A stretch of DNA of 64,000 bases from an uncultured Verrucomicrobiae bacterium (GCA_963769025.1 CAVYKI010000002.1:192001-256000); one strand, 5' to 3'. Shown: positions 11,552 through 22,296, numbered from the stretch's first letter. A program made the numbers and translations. The notes: generated by a model not told the origin, from the sequence alone.

Positions 11552-12391
11552 ATGTCATCGAAACCCAACGTAACCACACCCTGGCGGATTTTTCGTCGGC
11601 CTTGGCGGCGTCGTGTGCTTCAGCATCGTGGCGGCCGCCGTCTTTTGGTGGGTAAAATCATCGTCGGTGAACAACGAATTCCACGCGCAGCAGGTCGCGC
11701 TCGGCCTGCGTGCCGCTCCCACCGTAACCGGGCCGGAGCTGGAAAAGACGAACGCCGCGACCGGTAAGCTCTTGAACGAGGCAGGCACACCGTTACAACG
11801 CGGGCAAACAGCCCGACCTCAACAATCTCGAAGACCTGCGCGGAGTCATCCGCTACCGCGAGTCGGAGAAAGCGAAGACAGAAGCCGAAAAGGCGCTCAC
11901 CGCAGCCCCCGCGTGGAAGGACAAGGCAAAGGGCGAAGTGACCATGCCGATCGATCTCGCGATGAAGGTGGTCGCGGCCGGATTGAAGGACCGGAAGCCG
12001 AAGGCATCCGCGGTGAAGGTGGACATCTCCCCCGCACCGGACCCGAACGCGCCGCCGATGATGCCAAACGCCATGGGCGGCGGGGCCAGGACTGTCTTTT
12101 TCGCGGACCCGAATGCCGTCGCGGCACCCGCGCCCGAAACACCCGCAGCCACGCCCGCACCGGCGGCAACTCCTGCCGCTCCCTGCAGCTTCCCCTGCGA
12201 TTCCGGCACCGCGCGGCTGCACCGGTCACGCCGCCAGCCGCGCCGGCGCCCGTGCCCGCAACTCCGCCCGCCCGGCCGACCCGGCAAAAGGCGCATCGTC
12301 CGATGCTGCACCTTCCTCCGGCGCCGTCGCGGCGACTGTGCCTGCGCCCGCGCGCCCCACACTTTTGAACTGGCCTGAAACGAAAAAATGA
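11552..12391 (+). CDS. actG: ActG-like single-TM subunit with a long Pro/Ala-rich tail; several frameshifts
   Basis: TM (VVCFSIVAAAVFWWV), WKDKAKGEVTMPIDLAMKVV resembling the ActG W-x-D...PI(D/E)xAM motif; lies after actF. Confidence 0.6.
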
Positions 12392-13917
12392 ACGCCACAC
12401 CCGAGACAACAACCGCCACGAAGGGCGGGGTCACCCGGCGCGACATCGAAAATGTCGAGCGCGCGCTCATCGACCATTCCGCACGCGGCCCCGTGCTGAC
12501 GTTTTTTACGACGGCGATCTTCTGGCTGCTCGTGTCCGTGGTGCTCGGCTACATCGCCTCGAAAAAGCTGCACGCGCCGGATTTCGTGCTCGGTCCCGAA
12601 TGGCTCTACGAGCTGCTCCACATGATGCGCGCGACGACCTCCATCTTTGAGCATCTCACCTATGGCCGCGTGTGGCCGGCCTACACGACGGCGCTCATCT
12701 ACGGATGGTGTTCGCTCGGCCGGAATGGGCGTGGCGACATGGCTCATCGGCCGCCTCACGCGCGTCTCGATCAAGGCGCCCGCCGTTTTGCAATTCGGCG
12801 CGTGGTTTTGGAATGCGGGCGTAGCGGTCGCCGGTCATCACCATCCTCGTCGGCTACAACAGCGGGCTCGAGTTCTTCGAGATGCACCGCGTGGCGCGCA
12901 TGCTGATGTTCCTTGGCTATCTTTGCATCGGCATCTGGGGGCTCATCCTTTTCCGTTACCGCCGCCAGTCGGCGCCATACATCTCGGTCTGGTATCTGGC
13001 GGCCGCGTTCTTCCTGTTCCCGTGGTTTTTCGGGACGACGGACGCGCTGACCCACGATGCCGCTTCCGGGCGTGATGAAAAATATCGTCAATGCTTGGTA
13101 TCAGAATGGCCTGTTCAATCTCTGGCTCGGCTGCATCGGCATCGCCGCCGCCTACTATCTCATCCCGAAGGTCATCAACCGCCCGATCTACAGCTACAAC
13201 TTGGCGAGCATCGGATTCTGGTCATGGATTTTCCTCGGCGGACTCACGGCGATGACGCGACTGAGCGGCGGACCGGTGCCCGCGTATCTGGTGACGATCA
13301 GCATCGCGGCGAGCATCCTGATGATCATCCCGATCGCGACCCTCACGGTGAACTTCGTCCGCACGATGAAGGGACACACGGGGCTGATGGCATCCTCGCC
13401 CACGCTGCGTTTCACGTTTGTCGGAACGGTATTCTTCAGCATCGCCGCAGGGCTGAGCGTCCTTTCTTCGCTGCGCTCGGTGGACAGCTTCACGCACTTC
13501 ACGGAGTGGAGCCACGGGCAGATGCACATGGTCACGATGGGCTTCTTCAGCATGGTGATGTTTGGGGCGATTTACTACATCACACCGCGGCTCGTCGGCT
13601 GCGAGTGGCTCAGCCGCACATTCATCAAGCTGCATTTCTTCGGCACGGCATACGGCGCGGCGACGATCATCGGCCTGTTCCTCTTCGGCGGGCTCGCAAC
13701 GGGCTTCACGCTGAACGAGCCGACCGCGGACAAGATGGCATTTTACAACGTGAACGGCATCGGGAACGCCTACATGCCGGTGAAGACCTACATCGGATAC
13801 GTCCTGTTCGGCGTCGCGCAGATCATCTTCGCAATCCATTTCCTGCTCATGCGGCTGCGCATCGGCCAGCCCGCAGGCGAGCCGACGCTTCTCGCAACCC
13901 CGGGGGAGGGCCACTAA
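12388..13917 (+). CDS. CcoN-like (cbb3 subunit I fold) protein lacking most metal ligands; frameshifts near ~12720, ~12830 and ~13055
   Basis: LTYGRVWP, YISVWY, YYLIPKVINRPIYSYNL, THFTEW, FGAIYYITPRL, HFF landmarks follow the CcoN order. Confidence 0.85.
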
Positions 13918-14633
13918 ATGCAGAAACCCGCCACACTTTTCACGGGCATCTTCGGCGCGTTCGCACTTTCGTGCGGCGTGATGGTGCTCATCCCGCACAG
14001 CCAGCTCGCTTCGCTCCAGCCGCAGATCCAATGGGACGAGGGGCAGAATGCGCCGCCGATGTCTATCCGGTGCAGCGCCACCTCGCGGGCCGCGCCGTGT
14101 ATGTCTCCGAGGGCTGCATCTACTGCCATTCGCAGCAGGTGCGCGACCCGCAGTACGGGCCGGACATGGAGCGCGGCTGGGGTTCCCGCCGCACGGTTGC
14201 GCGCGACTACATTTTTGAAGACGTGCCGCTGCTCGGCAACAAGCGCCTCGGGCCGGACCTTTCGAATTTCGGCTGGACGGCGAAAGTGGCGCAGGCGGAC
14301 GGCAGTGAAAAATCCGTCGGCATGTGGCGCAACGAACCCGAGGACGACACGAAGCGGCCTGCCGCGCGCAACGCGCAGTGGATTTACCAGCACCTTTTCA
14401 ACCCGCGCGCCATCTTCAGCGATTCGAAGTGCCCGCCCTACCGATTCCTTTTTGAGCGCAAGGAAATCGGCGAGAAACCGTCGCCGAACGCGGTCGCGCA
14501 CGACTCGAAATTTGAATACTTGCCCACGCTGGAGGCCGAGCATCTCGCAGATTACCTCCTCTCGCTCGACCGGAGCCACGAGCTGAAGGAAGCGCCCACC
14601 GTCATCAAGCCCAAGGAGGCCGCAAAGAAATGA
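13918..14633 (+). CDS. CcoO-like monoheme cytochrome c; frameshift near ~14060
   Basis: GRAVYVSEGCIYCHSQQVR, LLGNKRLGPDLS, HLFNPR, LADYLLSL. Confidence 0.88.
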
Positions 14634-15858
14634 GCCACCCGAACGAAGGACAGGATCGCCTCGACTACCAGGAGACTGCGGACGTCACCGAAGTCCATGC
14701 CGCCATCGCGCGCGAACATGCGGAGCCGAGTGCGGACGTGACTCCGATTCCGACGTGGCTGAGCATCGTGTGCGCCGTCTCGCTGTGCTGGGCCGGCGCT
14801 TACATCGGCGTGTTTCAACGGCGGCTTCAGCGGGAAGGTTTACAACGAATACGAGAGCAGCCCGGCCGTCTTTTTCCCGCTGCCCGGCAACGCGCTAGCC
14901 GGAGGAGGCGGGGCAGCCGCGGAACTCACGATGCTCCAGCTCGGTGCGAAGGTTTACAAGGAGACGTGCATCAATTGCCACATGCCCAACGGCCTCGGCC
15001 AGCCCGGCGCGGTGCCGGCGCTTGCCGGTTCGGAATGGGTGGACGGCTCGGAGTACAACGAAAAGCGGCTGGTCGGAATGGTGATGAAGGGAATGAAGGG
15101 GCCAATCACCGTCAAGGGCGCGAACTTCAACAGCCAGATGCAGGCATGGGAGCCGCTCGGGCCCAAAAAGCTCGCGGCAGTTCTCTCGTACATCCGGCAG
15201 GAGTGGGGAAACAAGGGCGGCGAGATCACCGAGGCGCAGGTGGCCGCGGCGAAAAAGGAATTTGCCAGCCACAGCGACCAATGGACCGTGGAGCAGATCA
15301 AGGAAATCCCGCTCGATGCAAAGCTCGAAGGTGCGGCGGCTCCCGCAGTTCCCGGTGCAACCGACGCGAAGCCGAACCCCAAGCCCGCCGAAGCTGTCAA
15401 GCCCGCGGATGGCGGCAAGCCTGCCGCAGTCGGCAGCCGCGTTCGACCTGTCCGCTTCCGTCGCAGCCGGAAAGAGCATCTACATGGCGACCTGCTTTGC
15501 GTGCCATCAGGCCACCGGCATGGGGGTCCCCGGAGCTTTTCCGCCGCTTGTCGGCACGCACTATGTCCTGGAAGACGACCGCCGTCTCGTGGCCATCGTC
15601 CTCAAGGGAATCGTCGGCGCGATGACGGTGGATGGGAAAGTGTATGCCACCGGGATGCCGAACCCGATGATGACATTCCCGCAACTCAAGGACGACAAGA
15701 ACGTCGCCGACGTGCTGAACTATGTCCGCAACAGTTTCGGCAACAAGGTCGGGCGTCCCATCACGCCTGAATTCGTCGGCAAGGTGCGCGCCGAATTCGC
15801 AGGTCGCGACGCGCAGTGGACGGAGGCAGAACTGTTGAAATTTCCGCCAGCCAAGTAA
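14630..15858 (+). CDS. Membrane-anchored diheme cytochrome c (CcoP position); frameshifts near ~14818 and ~15430
   Basis: TM after PIPTWL; CINCH...SQMQAW and CFACH...GMPNP domains joined by a Pro/Ala/Lys linker. Confidence 0.8.
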
Positions 15859-15874
15859 CATTCCAATCCCGATC

Positions 15875-16354
15875 ATGAAAAAACTCACGCTCATCCTCGC
15901 CTTTACGCTCACCGCCACCGTCGCTTCCTTTGCCGAGGACGATCTGAAAGCCTCCGCAGACCGCGGCAAGGCGATCTACATGCAGACCTGCATGGCCTGC
16001 CACCAGCCGACCGGACTCGGCATCCCCGGCGCGTTCCCCCCGTTTGACGGCTCGGAGTGGGTGACGGGAGACACGAAGCGCCTCGTCGCACTTGTGCTCA
16101 AGGGCTACATGGGGCCGATCACCGTGAAGGGCGTAAACTACAACAATATCCTCATCGCGGTGGACACGCAGTTCCCGATCCTCAAGGAAAACGCCAAGCT
16201 GGCCGACGTGCTGAATTACATCCGCACCGCGTGGTCGAACAAGGCGGATGCCGCGATCACGCCCGATTTCATCCAGAAGGTCCGCGAAGAATTCAAGGAT
16301 CGCACCACGCCCTGGAACGCCGAGGATATCGCGAAGGCATTCCCGGCGAAGTAA
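15875..16354 (+). CDS. Periplasmic monoheme cytochrome c
   Basis: Signal peptide, CMACHQPTGLG, FPPFDGSEWV, LADVLNYIR; paralogous to the preceding domains. Confidence 0.9.
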   Translation: MKKLTLILAFTLTATVASFAEDDLKASADRGKAIYMQTCMACHQPTGLGIPGAFPPFDGSEWVTGDTKRLVALVLKGYMGPITVKGVNYNNILIAVDTQFPILKENAKLADVLNYIRTAWSNKADAAITPDFIQKVREEFKDRTTPWNAEDIAKAFPAK

Positions 16355-16366
16355 CCCAACACGACC

Positions 16367-18282
16367 ATGGCTCACGCCGCAGAAGCACACACGCAGGAAG
16401 GCCACGCCGACCACGGGCACCACGACCACCACGATCCCGGGTTCTGGCGCAAGTGGGTCTTCTCCACCGATCACAAGATGATCGGTATTCAGTACACCGT
16501 CACCGGGCTCGCATTCCTGTTTTTCGGATTCGGGCTGATGATGGTGATGCGCTGGTCCATCGCGCATGGTGCGGAAGCGCTGCCAGGCACGTGGGGTTCG
16601 ATGCTCCATGCCATTTTCGGCGATGCGGTATTCGACAAAGTCGTCGGACCGGATGGAAAAGCCATCGTCGGCTATTCGCTATCAACGCAGGGCTACAACG
16701 TTTTCGGAGCCATGCACGGCACCATCATGGTGTTCTTCGGCATTGTGCCGATCGCTTTCGCGGGCTTCGCGAATTTCGTGCTGCCGCTTCAGATCGGCGC
16801 CGTCGGACATGGCGTTTCCGCGCATCAACATGGCGAGCTTCTGGTGCTTCTTCATCAGTTGCGTCATCATGGTGTGGAGCTTTTTCGTGGAGGGCAGCGC
16901 GGCAAAATCCGGCTGGACGAACTACCCGCCACTCGCCGGCGTCGCCGACTCCGGACCGACCATTCATCACGTTTTCAACGGCGGCACGCTCTGGCTGATC
17001 GGCATGGTGTTCAACATCACCGCGTCGCTGCTCGGCTCGATCAATTTCATCGCCACCGTCGTCCAGCTCCGCGCGCCGGGCATGACGTGGGGCCGCCTGC
17101 CGTTCTTCGTCTGGGCACAGTTCATCACCGCCTATCTCCTCCTGCTCGCCTTCCCGCCGCTCGAGTCCGCGGCGATCATGAATCTCTTCGACCGCGTATT
17201 CGGTTCGAGCTTCTTCATGCCTACCGGCCTCGTCGTAAATGCGATGGGCTCCGACGGCCAGCCGTTGCTGTTCTCCGGCGGTGGCAGCCCGATGCTCTGG
17301 CAGCATCTTGTTCTGGTTCCTCGCGCATCCGGAGGTGTACGTGCTCATCCTGCCGGGCATCGGCATGGTCACCGAGATCATCGCGTGCAACAGCCGCAAG
17401 CCCATCTGGGGCTACAAGTCCATGGTCGGCGCGATTTTCGTGCTCGCGTTCCTCTCGCTTCATCGTCTGGGCGCACCACATGTACATGACGGGCATGGGC
17501 CCGAAGGTCTCCGCGTTCTTCCAGACGACCACGATCATGATCTCGATCCCGTCGGTGATTCTGCTGACGGCACTGCTGATCTCGCTGTGGGGAGGATCGA
17601 TCCGTTTCAATACGCCGATGCTCTTCGCCACGGCGTTTCTGCCGATGTTCGGCATCGGAGGGCTCACCGGCATCCCGCTCGCATTCAATGCCGTGGATCT
17701 CTACATGCACGATACCTACTACGTCATCGCGCATTTCCATTACATCGTCGCGCCGGGCACCATCTTCGCGATCTTCGCAGGCATCTATCACTGGTTTCCC
17801 GAAGGCAACGGGGCGCATGATGAACGAAACGCTCGGCAAGCTGCACTTCTGGGGCTCGCTGATTGCCATCAATCTGCCTCTTCGTCGCCGATGTTCCTGC
17901 AGGGCATGGCCGGTGTGCATCGCCGCTGGTGGGATGGCGGAAGCGCGGCTTATTCCGCGACCGTCCAGTCGGTGCTCCATTGGAATCAATTCTCATCCAA
18001 TGCCGCGTGGGCGCTTGGCCTGGTGCAGTTGATTTTCGTGTTCAATTTCTTCTGGAGCATCGTTCCGCGGGCGCAAGGTGCCGAATGACAATCCGTGGGA
18101 CGCGACCACCCTCGAGTGGGACACGCCGACGCCGCCTCCGCACGGCAACTTCATCAAGCCCATCACCGTCTATCGCGGCCCGTACGAATACAGCGTGCCC
18201 GGCGCGGACAAGGACTTCACGCCACAGTCCGAGCCGCCCGCCGGAACGCGCCGCACCAGCCGCGGCCCCTGCGCACGCGTAG
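16367..18282 (+). CDS. coxA: Cytochrome c oxidase subunit I, A-family; multiple frameshifts
   Basis: STDHKMIG, MHGTIMVFF, DMAFPRIN, HPEVY, WAHHMY, HDTYYVIAHFHY, NPWDATTLEW. Confidence 0.93.
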
Positions 18283-18303
18283 GCAGGAATACTTTCGCGA
18301 CTC

Positions 18304-19228
18304 ATGGAAATCCCATACACAGTTACGCCGCGTCCCGACACCGGCCTTACCAATCCGAAGCTCGGCATCTGGCTGTTCCTCGCCTCGGAAGTCATGCTCT
18401 TCGGCGGACTCTTCGCCGGCTACATCTTCATGCGCCTCGGCGCGGAACCGTGGATGTGGCCGCAAGGCTGGCTGAACGTTCCCGTCGGCACGTTCAACAC
18501 CTTCATCCTCATCGCATCGTCCGTGACCGTCATCCTGTCATGGGAGGCGCTGAAGATGCGGAATTACAAGGCGTTCAAGACATGGCTTGTTGATCACCTG
18601 GCTCTGCGGCATCGCGTTCCTTGCGGTGAAACTCAGCATCGAGTGGCCCGCCAAGTTCAGCCATTTCGGTGCCTACATCAAAAAGGAGGCCGCGGAGAAG
18701 TACGAACCTTACCTCGGTAACGATGACGGCAAGGACAGCGCCGGCAATTTCGAGAGCGGCTACCTCGCACGCAAAGGATATCCCCGTCTCTTCATCAGCG
18801 GCCACCCGGAAAATTGGGCGGATGTCTCGAACCCAAAGGTGGACAAAATCGTCCTCGAGGCCATCGACGAGGAGAACAGCACACCGAGATCCGCCGACCA
18901 CGATCGCGCCCGTTTCATCCCGCGCGACATGGTGCACCTGCACGAAGGCCATAAGGTCGTCCTGCACAAATCCGATTTGGTGAACGGCTACGGCCCCTTC
19001 TACCCGCGGCTGAACACATACCTCGCATGCTACTTCATGATCACCGGCCTGCACGGCCTGCACGTGCTCGGCGGCGTGCTCGTCTTCATGTATTTCTGGG
19101 GCCCAGGCTCGAAGCTCTTTAAGACCAACCCCGAGCAACTCAGCAACCGAATCGAAGTCGCCGGCCTCTTCTGGCATCTGGTGGACTTGGTCTGGATCTT
19201 CGTCTTCCCGATTTTCTATCTCCTTTGA
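18304..19228 (+). CDS. coxC: Cytochrome c oxidase subunit III with a large loop insertion; frameshift near ~18590
   Basis: KLGIWLFLASEVMLFGGLF, NTFILIASS, TGLHGLHV, GLFWHLVDLVWIF. Confidence 0.92.
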
Positions 19229-19230
19229 AA

Positions 19231-19665
19231 ATGGCCGACCATCATTCACCCGCTCCAGCTACGACACCGCAAGCCGCACACGCTGCGCCCGATGGGCATG
19301 CTTCCCCTGGCCACGGCGACTACTTGCATCACGTCCGTCCCTATCTGCTGGTCGGAGCTGCACTGTTTGTTTTCACCATCATCACCGTGGGGCTGTCCTA
19401 CGTGAGATTTGAGGACGCCGCGATTTTCCGCTGGGTGTTCGCGATCATCGGCATCCACGGCCACGGCATCAACATCACCATCGGCCTGATTGTCGCCGCA
19501 TTCAAAGTCTGCCTCGTCGGAGCGTGGTTCATGCACTTGAAATCGGAAAAGGGCGAAATCTGGCGCCCGCTGATCTTCACCTTTATCTTTTGCTTCGGAT
19601 TGTTCGCTTTGTTCCTGCTGGCCCATTCGGATCCGATTTACTCGACCATCTTCACGCAGCACTGA
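19231..19665 (+). CDS. coxD: Cytochrome c oxidase subunit IV family
   Basis: IAAFK-type KVCLVGAWFMHLKSE motif, three TMs, follows subunit III. Confidence 0.85.
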   Translation: MADHHSPAPATTPQAAHAAPDGHASPGHGDYLHHVRPYLLVGAALFVFTIITVGLSYVRFEDAAIFRWVFAIIGIHGHGINITIGLIVAAFKVCLVGAWFMHLKSEKGEIWRPLIFTFIFCFGLFALFLLAHSDPIYSTIFTQH

Positions 19666-19850
19666 TGTCGCTAAAAATCTTCCACATCTTTTTCATCCTC
19701 CTGAGCTCCGCCCTTTGCGGGGGCGTGGCGTGGTGGTGTTTTGACAATGGTGTGGCAAAACTTTACGGCTATCTCTTCGCGGCAGCCGCGGCGCTGCTTC
19801 CCGTGTATGGTGCCTGGTTCCTCTGGAAGACCCGAAAACTCATCCTATGA
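19665..19850 (+). CDS. 61-aa two-TM protein
   Basis: MSLKIFHIFFILLS...WFLWKTRKLIL; start and stop overlap both neighbours. Confidence 0.7.
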   Translation: MSLKIFHIFFILLSSALCGGVAWWCFDNGVAKLYGYLFAAAAALLPVYGAWFLWKTRKLIL

Positions 19851-20113
19851 GGCGTCCCTTCCCGATCCTGTTGGCTGTCACGTTCGCCACGATCCCCGCA
19901 AGAGCGTCCGCCTGCGCAGTCTGCATGGGCGATCCGAATTCGTACCTCGCCGATGCAACCAACAGCACCATCTGGATACTGCTCGGTCTCGTGGGGTTCA
20001 TCTTCGTGGCCACCGGGCTGACCGCCCTTTTTCTCTGGTATCATGCGCGAACGCCGCTCCCGCCGCATGTCCAGTTGGTAGAAAACCTCACAACCGAACC
20101 CGAGGAATGCTGA
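19847..20113 (+). CDS. 88-aa exported CxxC peptide with a C-terminal TM anchor
   Basis: Signal peptide ...ARASA|CAVCMGDP, then a hydrophobic helix; translationally coupled. Confidence 0.75.
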   Translation: MRRPFPILLAVTFATIPARASACAVCMGDPNSYLADATNSTIWILLGLVGFIFVATGLTALFLWYHARTPLPPHVQLVENLTTEPEEC

Positions 20114-20114
20114 A

Positions 20115-20999
20115 ATGACACTCGCTGCCCTGTCTGACTATTTCGATCTCAACAAGCTCATGGGCATGCTCCCGAACCACTCGGAGCATGGCAAGGAGAT
20201 CGATCACATGCTGAACTTCTGCCACTGGTTCATGCTGCTTCTCTTTGTGGGGTGGGGGAGTTTCTACCTCTACACGATCTGGCGCTTCCGCAAATCCCGG
20301 CACCCGCGTGCGGACTACCACGGCGTGCGCAGCCACCTCTCGACGCACTTGGAAGTTGGCGTCGTCATCATCGAGGCCGTCATCCTGCTCGGCTTCGCGC
20401 TGCCGCTTTGGGGCAAGCGTGTGAACGAGATTCCCGATGACGAAAAGGATGGCGCGCTGAAGGTCCGGGCAATGGGCTATCAGTTCGGATGGTATTTCCA
20501 CTACGCCGGTGTGGACGGCAAGTTCGGCCGCCAGCACATCCGCTTCATCCAGAGTCCGAACGTCCTCGGCCTCGATCCTACCGATCCGGACGGTGCGGAC
20601 GACATCGTCGTCGCGGACAACCAGCTCCATTTGATCAATCACAAGGCGACCGTCGTCCGCGTGAGTTCGCGCGACGTGATCCACGGCTTTGCACTTCATG
20701 AGATGCGCATCCAGCAGGATGCCATCCCCGGCACCGAGGCACCGCAATGGTTCCGCCCGGTTTCGACGGGCGAGTGGCAGATCATTTGCGCGCAGCTTTG
20801 CGGCGCGGGTCACTCGACCATGCAGGCAAAGTACATCGTCGAAGATCAAAAGACATTCGACGAGTGGTATGCGGGTCAGCACGACTTCACTCAGGGCTAC
20901 CTTAAGAGGCAGGCTGAGGAGGTCCGGAAAAAGGCCGCCGAGGAGCAGGCTGAAATCGCGAAGAAAGCCGCCGAACACGGCGAAAAGAAGGCGCATTGA
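20115..20999 (+). CDS. coxB: Cytochrome c oxidase subunit II (CuA)
   Basis: Two TMs, QFGWYFHY, DVIHGF, CAQLCGAGHSTM. Confidence 0.93.
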   Translation: MTLAALSDYFDLNKLMGMLPNHSEHGKEIDHMLNFCHWFMLLLFVGWGSFYLYTIWRFRKSRHPRADYHGVRSHLSTHLEVGVVIIEAVILLGFALPLWGKRVNEIPDDEKDGALKVRAMGYQFGWYFHYAGVDGKFGRQHIRFIQSPNVLGLDPTDPDGADDIVVADNQLHLINHKATVVRVSSRDVIHGFALHEMRIQQDAIPGTEAPQWFRPVSTGEWQIICAQLCGAGHSTMQAKYIVEDQKTFDEWYAGQHDFTQGYLKRQAEEVRKKAAEEQAEIAKKAAEHGEKKAH

Positions 21000-21147
21000 G
21001 CGCGTCTTCACGCGCATTTTTGCGAAGCGAGCGGCGCCCTTGTACCGTTCCATCGCGCACACGCCGCCTGCGACACGCCGTCAGGCGCGATAGCGCGCAA
21101 CTGCTCCCTTTCCGCACCCGGTTCCTCGGATAGACTCCGCCGTTCAT

Positions 21148-22296
21148 ATGGATCATCCGCCAACCAACCCGTGGATTTCACGACTCGCGAAGGTCTGCGT
21201 GTTGCTGACCTTTTTCCTCATCTTCCTCGGAGCCATCGTCACGACCAGCGGGGCAGGGATGGCCGCGCCAGCGGCACCTCATGTGGATGGCACTTTGCTC
21301 AACCCCACCAGCCCGGTGACGCAGACCGCGTGGTGGAAAGACCCGGCGCTGCTGAAGGAACATACGCACCGCCTGGTCGCGATGAGCCTCGGCCTCGGCA
21401 TCGGCGCGCTCGCTGCCGCGCTCTGGCGCAACTGGCTCGCATTTGCCGTCTCCCTCCTCTTCATGGGCGCTGCGGAAGGCCTCCGTTCCCTGAAGCTCGA
21501 CCCCGCGCTTATCGCCCAACTCCGCATCTGGCCCGCGATGATTCTCTTCATCACGCTGCTCATCTTCGGCGCACGACGGCGCGGTATAAGGCCAACCACG
21601 GAGCAGTGGATGGCGCTAATCGCGTACATCGCCGCATGCGCGCAGGCGCTGCTCGGCTCGCTTCGCGTGAATTTCGAAACGGCCGGAAGCATCGCCCTCG
21701 CGACGAACATCCGCACATTCCACGGAATCTTCGCGCAGGCGTTCCTCGCCATGCTTGTCATTCTGGCCGCGCGACTCTCGCCGTTTTGGGGCCGACTCTG
21801 CTCGCCGCTGCCGGTGGCGGCAAAAATCCGACGGCTGGCTGTGGCTGCGATGGTCCTCTACTTTGCTCAGATCACCTGCGCGGCATATCTCCGCCACCGG
21901 GGCCTCGGTCTCGCGATCGCCAGCTGGCCCGCGGCGCAGGCCGATCCGGGATGGAGCGTCAGCGGGAGCTGGCTGCCGGCTGTCTGGTCGCACGTCACCG
22001 GCATTCACTTTCTGCACACCCGCGTCCTTCCGGTGCTGCTGCTCGGGCATCTCGTCGGCATGGGCATCATCCTGATCAAGCGTGCACGGCCAGAACCGCT
22101 GCTCTCGCGTCTCGGGCTTCCGCTTGCGGCGATCACCGCCGTGCAGTTCCTCCTCGGTGTCCTGGTCGTCGTGCTCTACATCCACGGTGTCCCGCGCAAT
22201 CCGCACATCACCAATACCCACGTCCTCACCGGTGCGCTGCTCGTCGCGCTCATCGCGCTCATTTTCACCAGGGCAGGGCGGCTCCGCGCGGCATGA
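21148..22296 (+). CDS. ctaA: Heme A synthase (CtaA/Cox15 family)
   Basis: LGAIVTT, EHTHRL, QALLG, FHGIFAQ, HFLH, QFLLG, THVLTG. Confidence 0.85.
   Translation: MDHPPTNPWISRLAKVCVLLTFFLIFLGAIVTTSGAGMAAPAAPHVDGTLLNPTSPVTQTAWWKDPALLKEHTHRLVAMSLGLGIGALAAALWRNWLAFAVSLLFMGAAEGLRSLKLDPALIAQLRIWPAMILFITLLIFGARRRGIRPTTEQWMALIAYIAACAQALLGSLRVNFETAGSIALATNIRTFHGIFAQAFLAMLVILAARLSPFWGRLCSPLPVAAKIRRLAVAAMVLYFAQITCAAYLRHRGLGLAIASWPAAQADPGWSVSGSWLPAVWSHVTGIHFLHTRVLPVLLLGHLVGMGIILIKRARPEPLLSRLGLPLAAITAVQFLLGVLVVVLYIHGVPRNPHITNTHVLTGALLVALIALIFTRAGRLRAA

Noticed and set aside
697..18600. Many frameshifts in ilvB and act/cco/cox genes as pseudogenisation or programmed frameshifting
   Set aside because: Reconstructed frames showed no in-frame stops, catalytic motifs of ilvB and coxA are intact, there is no common slippery motif, and breaks cluster regionally (none noticed at 20-60 kb). 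This fits low-coverage long-read indels; read mapping would settle it.
21148..22296. CtaA lacking the N-terminal Cys pair
   Set aside because: Cys-less heme A synthase types are known, and the Glu/His motifs are present.
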